Source: a virus. From it: a stretch of 41,938 nucleotides of DNA. The translations under genes and the position numbers were made by a program. Below the pieces are notes generated by a model. It had not been told where the DNA came from. It searched no databases and saw only the letters and a program-made list of their open reading frames with translations. This document shows positions 34,688 to 41,938 of this stretch, piece by piece (the first letter of the stretch is position 1; each line of letters begins with the position of its first letter). Where the stretch lies: the UHGV virus genome UHGV-0203144, one strand, 5' to 3'.

Positions 34688-35053
34688 TCAGAATGTAATA
34701 TAATGATCCGGCTGCTTCGGCATGTGCGTCCGGTTGTACCAGTTGACATATTTTGTCCGTGCCGCCGCATAAAGTGCCGCCGAATTGTTGTAATCGTTTA
34801 TCTCGCCGTTGGAAAGATAAATCTGCGCCTGCAGATACAGTCTGTACATCTCGCTGTACACATACGGTACAAGGAGCTCGCTCTCTCCGTCCGTGTATGG
34901 GACAAATTCCCCCTCCGGCGCTCCTTCGTGCGTTTTGAGTATATCCTCAAATATGAGGGCGTCAACATCGCTCAGCCATTTTTTCAGCTGTTCGTCGTCA
35001 TACTTTCCTCTGCACAGGCTGCGCACCTCCGCTATAACGTCGTTTATTTTCAT
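34688..35053 (-). CDS. Head-tail adaptor protein
   Basis: GGAGG RBS before MKINDVI; position after capsid; WLS.VD / Y..YL.AQI. Confidence 0.65.
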   Translation of the reverse strand: MKINDVIAEVRSLCRGKYDDEQLKKWLSDVDALIFEDILKTHEGAPEGEFVPYTDGESELLVPYVYSEMYRLYLQAQIYLSNGEINDYNNSAALYAAARTKYVNWYNRTHMPKQPDHYITF

Positions 35054-35075
35054 GTTGAATACCTCCGTTGACATA

Positions 35076-35120
35076 ATTGTATAATAAAACAAGCGGCAGG
35101 TGATATTCCTCACCCGCCGC
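35076..35120 (-). promoter_or_regulatory. Late promoter copy C within terminator hairpin
   Basis: Minus GGTGAGGAATATCAC-N18-TACAAT; stem GCGGCGGGTGA/TCACCTGCCGC followed by U tract. Confidence 0.75.
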
Positions 35121-35136
35121 ATTTTTGCGCGTCAGC

Positions 35137-35367
35137 TTATTTCTCGTCCCTGTAACGCTTCTCTTCCGCAAACTCCGCAGCTTTTCTTGTAAGAATTTCG
35201 CGGCGGTCTATGATCTCTGAGAGCACTCTCGGGACCTCGACGGGGCGGCCGCGCTGAATCTGGTAAAGCTTGCCGTTCAGTCCGACGGTGAGATCCTCCT
35301 CAAGTTCGGGAACGCCCGCAACAAACGGCAGATTTACGATAACCGTGTCAGTGTTTTTCCTTGCCAT
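35137..35367 (-). CDS. Small conserved head-module protein (76 aa)
   Basis: LNGK.YQIQRG..VEVP; GAGGAGG RBS. Confidence 0.8.
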   Translation of the reverse strand: MARKNTDTVIVNLPFVAGVPELEEDLTVGLNGKLYQIQRGRPVEVPRVLSEIIDRREILTRKAAEFAEEKRYRDEK

Positions 35368-35378
35368 ATTATACCTCC

Positions 35379-36641
35379 TCAGTTTGCCTCATCCAGATCG
35401 GAGTAGGACGAGCCGCATATGAAGTTGATCATTCGCTCGGGGTAAAGGATCCTTGCGGCGTGCATAAGCTTGTAGCCGACGGTGCTGAACTGGTTCAGCG
35501 GTCCGCCGATCTCGTCCTTGCTGTGGATAATGGTCTCCAGCGACATGCCGTTAGGCTCAACAACGCCCCATGCGCCCTGACCGAAGAATATACAGTCATA
35601 CACTGCACATCCGCCTGCGCCGCCCTCTCCGGGATATATCTTCGCACCCTGTGTAGCCGTAACACCCGCGTTAAGGGTTATCTTATCGGTAGTGTTGGAG
35701 ATCACCTTGTACCTCTTATCGTCAAGGATCACAAACCTGCCGACAAGCTTTCCCGCCTCAAGCGTCTCGTTAACCGTAACATCGGGGGATGCAGAGGAGC
35801 TCGCAGTCTTAACAGTGAGATCTCTTGCAGTTTTGCTGAGATCGTCGCCGCGCTCGATCTTAGCCTCGGTGGACTCTATAAAGCGCACATTGTGCAGCAT
35901 GCCGATCTCACCGCTGTATATCTGCTCGGGAGATGCATATTTATGCGCTTCGACCCATCCCTCGCTTTCTCTCAGATCCTCGCCTACGGAGGGATGCAGT
36001 ATGCATATGTAGTTTCCGTTGATGAGGGGCGCATTGTTCTTTTTAAGCCATGTCGCCATTTTGTTAACGTCGGTCGATGTGATCTTGCTTGCCTTGGTAA
36101 GAGCCGCCTGCGTGGTAATGCCCGTGGGATAGCCTATGACCGTGCCCGCGCAGACAACGTCGCGCGTCAGTGTATCCATTGTGCCGCCGGCAGCAGATCC
36201 CAGCTCGTTTGTAGCCTCTCCTATAATAGGATCGATCGCAGCAAACTCCAGCTTGTCCGTAATAGATACATAGTCGCCGTATTGCTCGCACTTGACGCTT
36301 ATGGTGGACATCTTGAGCTTCGAGCCGGTCGGTATAACGCCCTCTACAAGAGGGGTAAGCGCCTTGGGAAGCGTCTTAAAGCGTCTCCACTCAACAGTAT
36401 CGCCGTTGCCTTTGGGCAGTGTCTGCTTCTGTCCGAACTCGTTGAATACAAGCTTCGGAGTCGCGTTGCGAAGCAGATTTGTGTCGTAAAACTTTTTGAT
36501 CTCGCCCGAGAGTTCTTGACTTGTGGTCTTGTTCATCTGGGAAACGCCGTAGCTTCCCATGTCGGGAGTCTGTATCACAGGCTCCGCAAAAGCCTGGATG
36601 TCAAAAATAATGATCGGTGTAAAAATAGTTTTCATAATCAT
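35379..36641 (-). CDS. Major capsid protein, N4-gp56 family
   Basis: LP.G.G.TVEWR, LVEGV.P, QYG.Y..ITD, GEIG....VRFIE, GPLNQ.STVG.K. Confidence 0.9.
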   Translation of the reverse strand: MIMKTIFTPIIIFDIQAFAEPVIQTPDMGSYGVSQMNKTTSQELSGEIKKFYDTNLLRNATPKLVFNEFGQKQTLPKGNGDTVEWRRFKTLPKALTPLVEGVIPTGSKLKMSTISVKCEQYGDYVSITDKLEFAAIDPIIGEATNELGSAAGGTMDTLTRDVVCAGTVIGYPTGITTQAALTKASKITSTDVNKMATWLKKNNAPLINGNYICILHPSVGEDLRESEGWVEAHKYASPEQIYSGEIGMLHNVRFIESTEAKIERGDDLSKTARDLTVKTASSSASPDVTVNETLEAGKLVGRFVILDDKRYKVISNTTDKITLNAGVTATQGAKIYPGEGGAGGCAVYDCIFFGQGAWGVVEPNGMSLETIIHSKDEIGGPLNQFSTVGYKLMHAARILYPERMINFICGSSYSDLDEAN

Positions 36642-36703
36642 ACTCCTTTTTTTATAAGGCGCGGCACACCGAAAGCCGTTTTACCCGCCGGCGCGGGTCG
36701 GTA

Positions 36704-37603
36704 TCAGTAGCCGTTTCGCCGCATTTGGGCAGCTTGGATTATGCTCCGGCACTCCTCGAGAGAAAGCTTGGAGTAATCCGTCGCTACATTGGCAGGAGAC
36801 GCCCCGGACATTGCATTTTCCGCCGGTCTGCTCCCGCTTTTGATTTTGTTGACAACATTGGCCTCTACCGTTTTGGCAGTTGTCTGCATTGCGCGGCTGA
36901 TCTCATCGTCAAAACTGACTGCTTTGTATGCCGCAAGCAATGGTACATTACGGTTCTTTACCAGCATCGCGAACTCTTCGTTTTTCATCGCCTCATCAAA
37001 GTTAAAGTTCGGGAATTTCGCTTTAACTTCGCTTAGCTGCTGCATGATTCTGCAGGCGTTTTCCCGTATGGCGTCGGCTTCCTCACGCTCGGCGATTTCT
37101 TCCCGCAGCTCACGGGTCTCGCGTCTGCTTTTGTCAAGCTCCTCCTCGATTTCCGGAGTGGTGCCGTTTTTCATTGCAAGCTGCTCATAATATGACTTGT
37201 CGTCGGCAACCGCCTTAAGCACCGCATCCGTGTCCTTCGGATCGACGCCGTACTGCCTGCCCGCACGGTCTATGAGGGGCTGCAGCTTTTTCAGTGTCTG
37301 CGACGCTCCCTTTTCCCGGTGCAGGCGTTTTTCAACGGCGTCCTTTGTAATGCTGTCGGTATACTTTTTCAGATCGTCCGCGTACATCTCGCGTATCTGC
37401 TCAAAAGTAAGACGCTCTGTGCCTTTCGTGCCCGCTTCGGCTTTTCCTTCGGCCGTCCCCTGTACGGCTTCCGAAGCCTGCACATTGCCGGTATTGCCGG
37501 TTCCGGCTTCCGTCGCAGCGGCGGCCTGCTCTCCCGCTCCGTCAGAAGCGGCGCCCGAAGCAGCTTCTCCGAAAAGCTGCAGATCGATTTTTTCAACGAA
37601 CAT
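36704..37603 (-). CDS. Capsid scaffolding protein
   Basis: GAAGGA RBS; N-terminal IDLQLFGE, acidic coiled coil, RP.EN C-terminus; upstream of MCP. Confidence 0.8.
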   Translation of the reverse strand: MFVEKIDLQLFGEAASGAASDGAGEQAAAATEAGTGNTGNVQASEAVQGTAEGKAEAGTKGTERLTFEQIREMYADDLKKYTDSITKDAVEKRLHREKGASQTLKKLQPLIDRAGRQYGVDPKDTDAVLKAVADDKSYYEQLAMKNGTTPEIEEELDKSRRETRELREEIAEREEADAIRENACRIMQQLSEVKAKFPNFNFDEAMKNEEFAMLVKNRNVPLLAAYKAVSFDDEISRAMQTTAKTVEANVVNKIKSGSRPAENAMSGASPANVATDYSKLSLEECRSIIQAAQMRRNGY

Positions 37604-37674
37604 AAGTTTAAATCCTTCCTGTCGCATCTCCGGCTTACGGCCGTGACTCGGCTGAAACAACTCTCAGCATATTT

Positions 37675-37717
37675 ATTGTACAGCGCCCGGTGTAAAAGGT
37701 GATATTACCCCCTTACA
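37675..37717 (-). promoter_or_regulatory. Late promoter copy B
   Basis: Minus AGGGGGTAATATCAC-N18-TACAAT. Confidence 0.75.
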
Positions 37718-38022
37718 ACAATTTTTATATTTTCCGGAAATTCTTTTTCAACCGCCCGCAGTCCGCGCAGCGTGTGCCCGAAAAGCTCCCGTGTTATAAG
37801 GCTCTCTGCTTTTCCGTGCGGCCTGCTGCATATGTACAGCTCGCCCGCCTTCTGCCGCAGCGTGCATTCCGATATTTCATCGGCAACGCTCAGCGCCAGT
37901 GTCTGACACAGTGAGCTGACGGCGGCACATACTATGTCGCTTCCGTGCGGCGCATATCCCGCATGCCCTCTCACATGCAGCTCGGCTGTATTACCGTTAT
38001 CCGTGTAATCGATTGCAATCAT
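37705..38022 (-). CDS. prp: Prp-family (DUF464) cysteine protease
   Basis: GHAGY...DIVCAAVS catalytic His/Cys signature. Confidence 0.88.
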   Translation of the reverse strand: MIAIDYTDNGNTAELHVRGHAGYAPHGSDIVCAAVSSLCQTLALSVADEISECTLRQKAGELYICSRPHGKAESLITRELFGHTLRGLRAVEKEFPENIKIVVRG

Positions 38023-40007
38023 CGCGGCTGCGTCCTTTCCTGCGCTGCATCTCGCGCATTATTCATCCTCGTTTCTCCGCTGCCGTTTCCGCTGCCGGAG
38101 CCGAAAACGCCCTGTGCCGTCGGTATGGGCTGCGGTGTTGCGGCTCCTGCGCCCATAGTCTGTGCTATCATGTCCGCCGTTTGCGGCTCATACTTTGCGG
38201 CAAGACTCAAGGCAAGCTGCTGATACTGCAGCAGCATGTCGTACATTGTCCCGCTTTGGGATACACGCTGTATAATATCCTCTTTGCCGTCGAAATCCAT
38301 AGTCTCAAGCAGCATAAGGCTCTGATCCGTATTCTGCGGGGAGAACACTCCCAGCTGATAAAGCTGCACGGCAAGCTCGTTGCGCTCCATCTTGTTGTAG
38401 GGGCTGTCCCTCTCCGCCGTAACCTCAATGTCAAACTCCGGCAGGCGCATACCCATGTCAACGCCGCCCACCTCGCCCTGAGGCTGTGGGCGCAGTCCCG
38501 AATTGTCATACATCATATACTGCGCCGTGCCGTCCTCGCCGAGTATGCGAAAGTATCTCGCAGTGTCGTATTTCTCGCGCATAAGCTCGATGCACAGCAT
38601 CACAATGTCGTGGAAAGCATCATATGTGCCGGAAATGGCGTCTCTGCTTTGTTTTGAGCCCGCCTCCTGCATAGCGGCAATAGCGCTGGCGGCTGTAGCG
38701 CCGCTCGAACCGCCGTTGTTAACATCTCGGTTGCCGGTTACTTCCTTCAGCTCTTCGATCTTCATTTCCAAAAAGCTCATGTAGTTACCCTGCAGCGGCT
38801 TATAGTCTACAGAGCGTATGCTGTCCGCCCCGAGCTGACCGTCCACGTGTACAAAATCCTTTGAAAGATCGGCAAATTCAGCCTCGTTGACAGCGCCGCC
38901 CGAATAAACAAAGTATCTCGGCCGCGCTCCGCACATGGTATTTTTGACTATAGCCTGATTTATGAGGTCGATCTGCTCCTGCGTGTCCTTACCTATGTCG
39001 GTGTAGCCGTACCCGGCTATAGTTCCCTCAATGGCAAACAGCGGATCCACAACAAACGGATACTTGCCGTGCGCGTAGAGTCCTTTCTCCGCCATGCTCT
39101 CGCCCGAGGGCACATTGTATGTCTCGCCCGTCTCTCCGTCAATATTGACGGCGGTCGGGCGCTCCGTATCGTTTTCCGTTGCATACAGCACCGTGTCGCC
39201 TACAAACTTGCAGTAGTGCAGCACCGTTCTGTTTCCCGCGCGTTTTTTGTAGTACCAGTCAACAACGGCAGTCTTGCCGGAGATGTCTATGTTGTCGTCA
39301 TACGCATAGTGCCGCACGTTGATCACGCCGCTCGACAGGTTTTTAGCCTTAAGCTGCGGGTATGTGCGCATAAGCACGTCATTATCGTAGAGACCCACAA
39401 CAAAAACGTTTGCGCTGTCCTGTATGTCCGTAACTCCCGGCTCCCAGAACAGTGTCAGAAGGTCCACCTTGCGTATGGCTATATCTCCCAGCCCGTTGTT
39501 TTTTGCGGGATCCCAGAATACGCCGTACACTCCCGTGCCCTGCTTGAGCTTGTATGTAACAACGTCGCGGTAAACGCGTTTGAAGTTTGACTGTGCCAGC
39601 ACAATAGGCAGCACCGCCGATAGCTTGCGCGCCTCCTCCTCGTCGTCCTGCATACGCGGCAGCACATTCGGAGCGGGGTATCCGTCTATAAAATCTGCGC
39701 GCTTCTGTACGATAGCGTTCCATAAATACGCGCTTGCGGGCTTCAGATCGTCCTTGTTGCCCGTGCTTCTGTAACACTCCCACTGCCTGAGCTTCCAAAA
39801 GTTTTCATTGCGTACGATCTTTTTCTCAAGATTTGCCTTTGCACTTTTGTATTTCTGCAAAAGCTCCGAGGCGTGCAGTATTTCCTTTTTGCCTATCGCG
39901 GCGCTTTCGGCGGTGCCGTAGTCCTGCGCCGCAGCGTCTGCCGCGACGTTCTCCTCGTCTCTCTCCGCGCCAAATATGCCTTTTCTCAATTTGTCCAGTA
40001 TGTTCAT
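38019..40007 (-). CDS. Portal protein (P22-like)
   Basis: 662 aa after terL; G.G...VFWD, HG.YPF, Q..I..IN, SG.TAASAI..QE motifs. Confidence 0.85.
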   Translation of the reverse strand: MNILDKLRKGIFGAERDEENVAADAAAQDYGTAESAAIGKKEILHASELLQKYKSAKANLEKKIVRNENFWKLRQWECYRSTGNKDDLKPASAYLWNAIVQKRADFIDGYPAPNVLPRMQDDEEEARKLSAVLPIVLAQSNFKRVYRDVVTYKLKQGTGVYGVFWDPAKNNGLGDIAIRKVDLLTLFWEPGVTDIQDSANVFVVGLYDNDVLMRTYPQLKAKNLSSGVINVRHYAYDDNIDISGKTAVVDWYYKKRAGNRTVLHYCKFVGDTVLYATENDTERPTAVNIDGETGETYNVPSGESMAEKGLYAHGKYPFVVDPLFAIEGTIAGYGYTDIGKDTQEQIDLINQAIVKNTMCGARPRYFVYSGGAVNEAEFADLSKDFVHVDGQLGADSIRSVDYKPLQGNYMSFLEMKIEELKEVTGNRDVNNGGSSGATAASAIAAMQEAGSKQSRDAISGTYDAFHDIVMLCIELMREKYDTARYFRILGEDGTAQYMMYDNSGLRPQPQGEVGGVDMGMRLPEFDIEVTAERDSPYNKMERNELAVQLYQLGVFSPQNTDQSLMLLETMDFDGKEDIIQRVSQSGTMYDMLLQYQQLALSLAAKYEPQTADMIAQTMGAGAATPQPIPTAQGVFGSGSGNGSGETRMNNARDAAQERTQPR

Positions 40008-40010
40008 ATC

Positions 40011-41384
40011 TTACTTCTCCGTGTATAGTTGATTAAGCGGGTCTATAACAAACCTCGGCTGCGGTGCCTTTGTGCCGTATCGCGGCTTTACGGGCCGCGA
40101 CATAAGAAAATACCGCGTCTCGTCCGCAATATGGTCCTCAAGCGTCGTGTCCAGGTCCTCGGCTTTTGTGTTGGTCTCGCTGTAGCTCATTAGCGGTATG
40201 GTCCTTACAAAGTCCCGGCAGGTGTTGAATATGTACATCATCGGGCGCCCGTTTGCGTCAAAAGCAAACCTGTAATGCATCTGCATCCATCCCGCTATGC
40301 GCGCATTGTCGCCGGGGCTGAAAAATATGCCGTGCCGTTCAGCCGCCGTGATGATCGCCTCTCCGCGTGATGCGTCCCATATAGACGGGTCGGCAATACC
40401 CAGTATGCGCCGCCCTCTCAGATTCGGCTCCTGCTTTTCAAAGTCCGCGATCGCTTTAAACTGTTTGTCGGGATCCCAATGCAGACCCTCGTTGGGCTCT
40501 CCCGTGCAGCCGTACAGCTCCGCTATGCGGTATACCGTGCCGTCGGGGTTGACCGTCCACCAGCCGCAAGAAAACGGCTTTGCGTAACCGAAGTCGTAGC
40601 TGCGGTATACGGGCCAGTTCGACGGCACCTCAAATGGCGTTATGACGTGCGTCCACATTCCGTCGCCGTAATGCTCGGGATCGTCCGTAAATTCCTCGAA
40701 AAACTGTCCTTCAAAAACGTCCCACCGCCCGTCGCGCCATGCGGCGCGCAGCTTCGGCGACAGGGAGTCAAGCATATCAAGATATTCCGGCTGTATCCGC
40801 ATCAGCGCGTGATTGTCTGTCACAAGTGCTTTTATAAAGCGGTAATTCTCGGGTTTCTCGCCCTCTTTGTATATCCGGTCAATAAACAGACGCTTAATAT
40901 ATCCGTGGCTCACTCCGCCCGGGTTGCACGTGTAGTACGTCCGCTTCGGGAAGTCGTTGGTACCGCGCACGGTCAAGTTGATCTTTGTAAGCCAATCCTC
41001 TTTTAGCTGTGTAGCCTCGTCGAAAAATATAACGTCACGTTCTGTGCCCTGGTACTGCTCAAGATCGCCGTCTGTCGCGCAATAGCCCAATGATATGGTT
41101 GATCCGTTGACAAAAGTAAACCGTTTGTCTGTCTTGTTATATTTGGCAACGCCGCGGGGCAGCAGCTTTTTTATGGGCTCTACGTGGTTGTGTATGAGCT
41201 CCGGATAGCTTTTACGCACTATCAGGATCTTAATTCCTTCCCATTTCAGCGCCAGCAGCACAGCTTTAACCTGCACAGCCCAGCTCTTTCCGCCCCCTCG
41301 CGCACCGCCGTAGCCTACATATCTTTCGGTCGCCCGCAGAAATTCATCCTGTTTCGGGCTGGGAGCCGGTATATTTATCGTCAA
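40011..41384 (-). CDS. terL: Terminase large subunit
   Basis: Walker A GGARGGGKS, Walker B IFFDEA, TCNPG, nuclease DFG and DH..DE.RY. Confidence 0.96.
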   Translation of the reverse strand: MTINIPAPSPKQDEFLRATERYVGYGGARGGGKSWAVQVKAVLLALKWEGIKILIVRKSYPELIHNHVEPIKKLLPRGVAKYNKTDKRFTFVNGSTISLGYCATDGDLEQYQGTERDVIFFDEATQLKEDWLTKINLTVRGTNDFPKRTYYTCNPGGVSHGYIKRLFIDRIYKEGEKPENYRFIKALVTDNHALMRIQPEYLDMLDSLSPKLRAAWRDGRWDVFEGQFFEEFTDDPEHYGDGMWTHVITPFEVPSNWPVYRSYDFGYAKPFSCGWWTVNPDGTVYRIAELYGCTGEPNEGLHWDPDKQFKAIADFEKQEPNLRGRRILGIADPSIWDASRGEAIITAAERHGIFFSPGDNARIAGWMQMHYRFAFDANGRPMMYIFNTCRDFVRTIPLMSYSETNTKAEDLDTTLEDHIADETRYFLMSRPVKPRYGTKAPQPRFVIDPLNQLYTEK

Positions 41385-41857
41385 TCCGTGTAATCCTCCT
41401 CCCCGAATGAGATCTCTATCTTTCTGTCAACATCAGCATCGGCATTGTCTCTCCACCCATGATTTACCTTGAGGTCGAATATAATGCCGTCCGTGCCCTT
41501 CTGCCGCTCGTTCAGCTGCCGGTGCAGATATGCCTCGATTCGTAGCTTCACGTCCTCGCACGCGCCTTTGTACCTCTCATCCTGCGCGTAGTTTGCAAAC
41601 GTCGCTCTGGATATCCCGAGCTCAACGCACAAGCTCTCCACGGACGGCGGTGCGGCGTATTCCAAAACCTTTATCAGCTCGCCGTCTCCGTTTTTGACCG
41701 GCACGTAATCCATAACCGGCAGTCCTTTGGCGTTTGTCCTGCCCGTCGGCTCAAGTGACTTAACCGTCATCTCATAGCTGCGGCGGCGGAAATATGCGCC
41801 GCACGCTTCCCGAAACGCCTTCGGCGTGTATTTTTTTTGCCTTGCCACAGTCTCCAC
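41381..41857 (-). CDS. terS: Terminase small subunit (P22 gp3-like)
   Basis: PSVESLCVELGISRATFANY HTH, GIIF.LK.N.GW.D; overlaps the terL start. Confidence 0.85.
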   Translation of the reverse strand: METVARQKKYTPKAFREACGAYFRRRSYEMTVKSLEPTGRTNAKGLPVMDYVPVKNGDGELIKVLEYAAPPSVESLCVELGISRATFANYAQDERYKGACEDVKLRIEAYLHRQLNERQKGTDGIIFDLKVNHGWRDNADADVDRKIEISFGEEDYTD

Positions 41858-41938
41858 CCCCTATCACGTGCAGCACAGCACATATAATGTATCGCGCCCG
41901 CGCGCCTGCCTTGCCGTGTCAAATAATCCGCGTGAGCA

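Noticed and set aside
35361..36710. Long + strand ORFs antisense to capsid and other late/early genes
   Set aside because: Shadow frames of well-supported minus-strand genes; no RBS or motifs

Overview
The window looks like an essentially complete ~42 kb temperate phage genome of a gut Clostridia-type host, in excised (attP) form and opened between a late promoter and the terminase genes. The minus strand carries the late module: terS, terL, P22-like portal, Prp-family protease, scaffold, N4-gp56-type major capsid, adaptor, nozzle, pilot protein, a 3102-aa polyvalent ejection protein, fibre proteins, holins and a GH25 endolysin. No tail tube or tape measure is recognisable, so the morphology is probably podovirus-like. 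Next come an uncharacterised 7-gene cassette with its own regulator, attP (3' end of a tRNA-Gln-like gene), a tyrosine integrase, a lysogeny module, and a long leftward early operon ending in an HUH rolling-circle-type Rep. Main discoveries: (1) the peptidase / GG-leader CCC coiled-coil / BclA-C cassette; (2) a four-copy phage-specific late promoter with an invariant 18-bp spacer; (3) a ~450-nt structured non-coding leader between repressor and cro; (4) one beta-domain shared by the endolysin and the tail nozzle; (5) an acr-aca-like two-gene operon; (6) a tRNA-like minihelix and candidate nick site upstream of Rep. All family calls come from reading motifs by eye; no database search was run.
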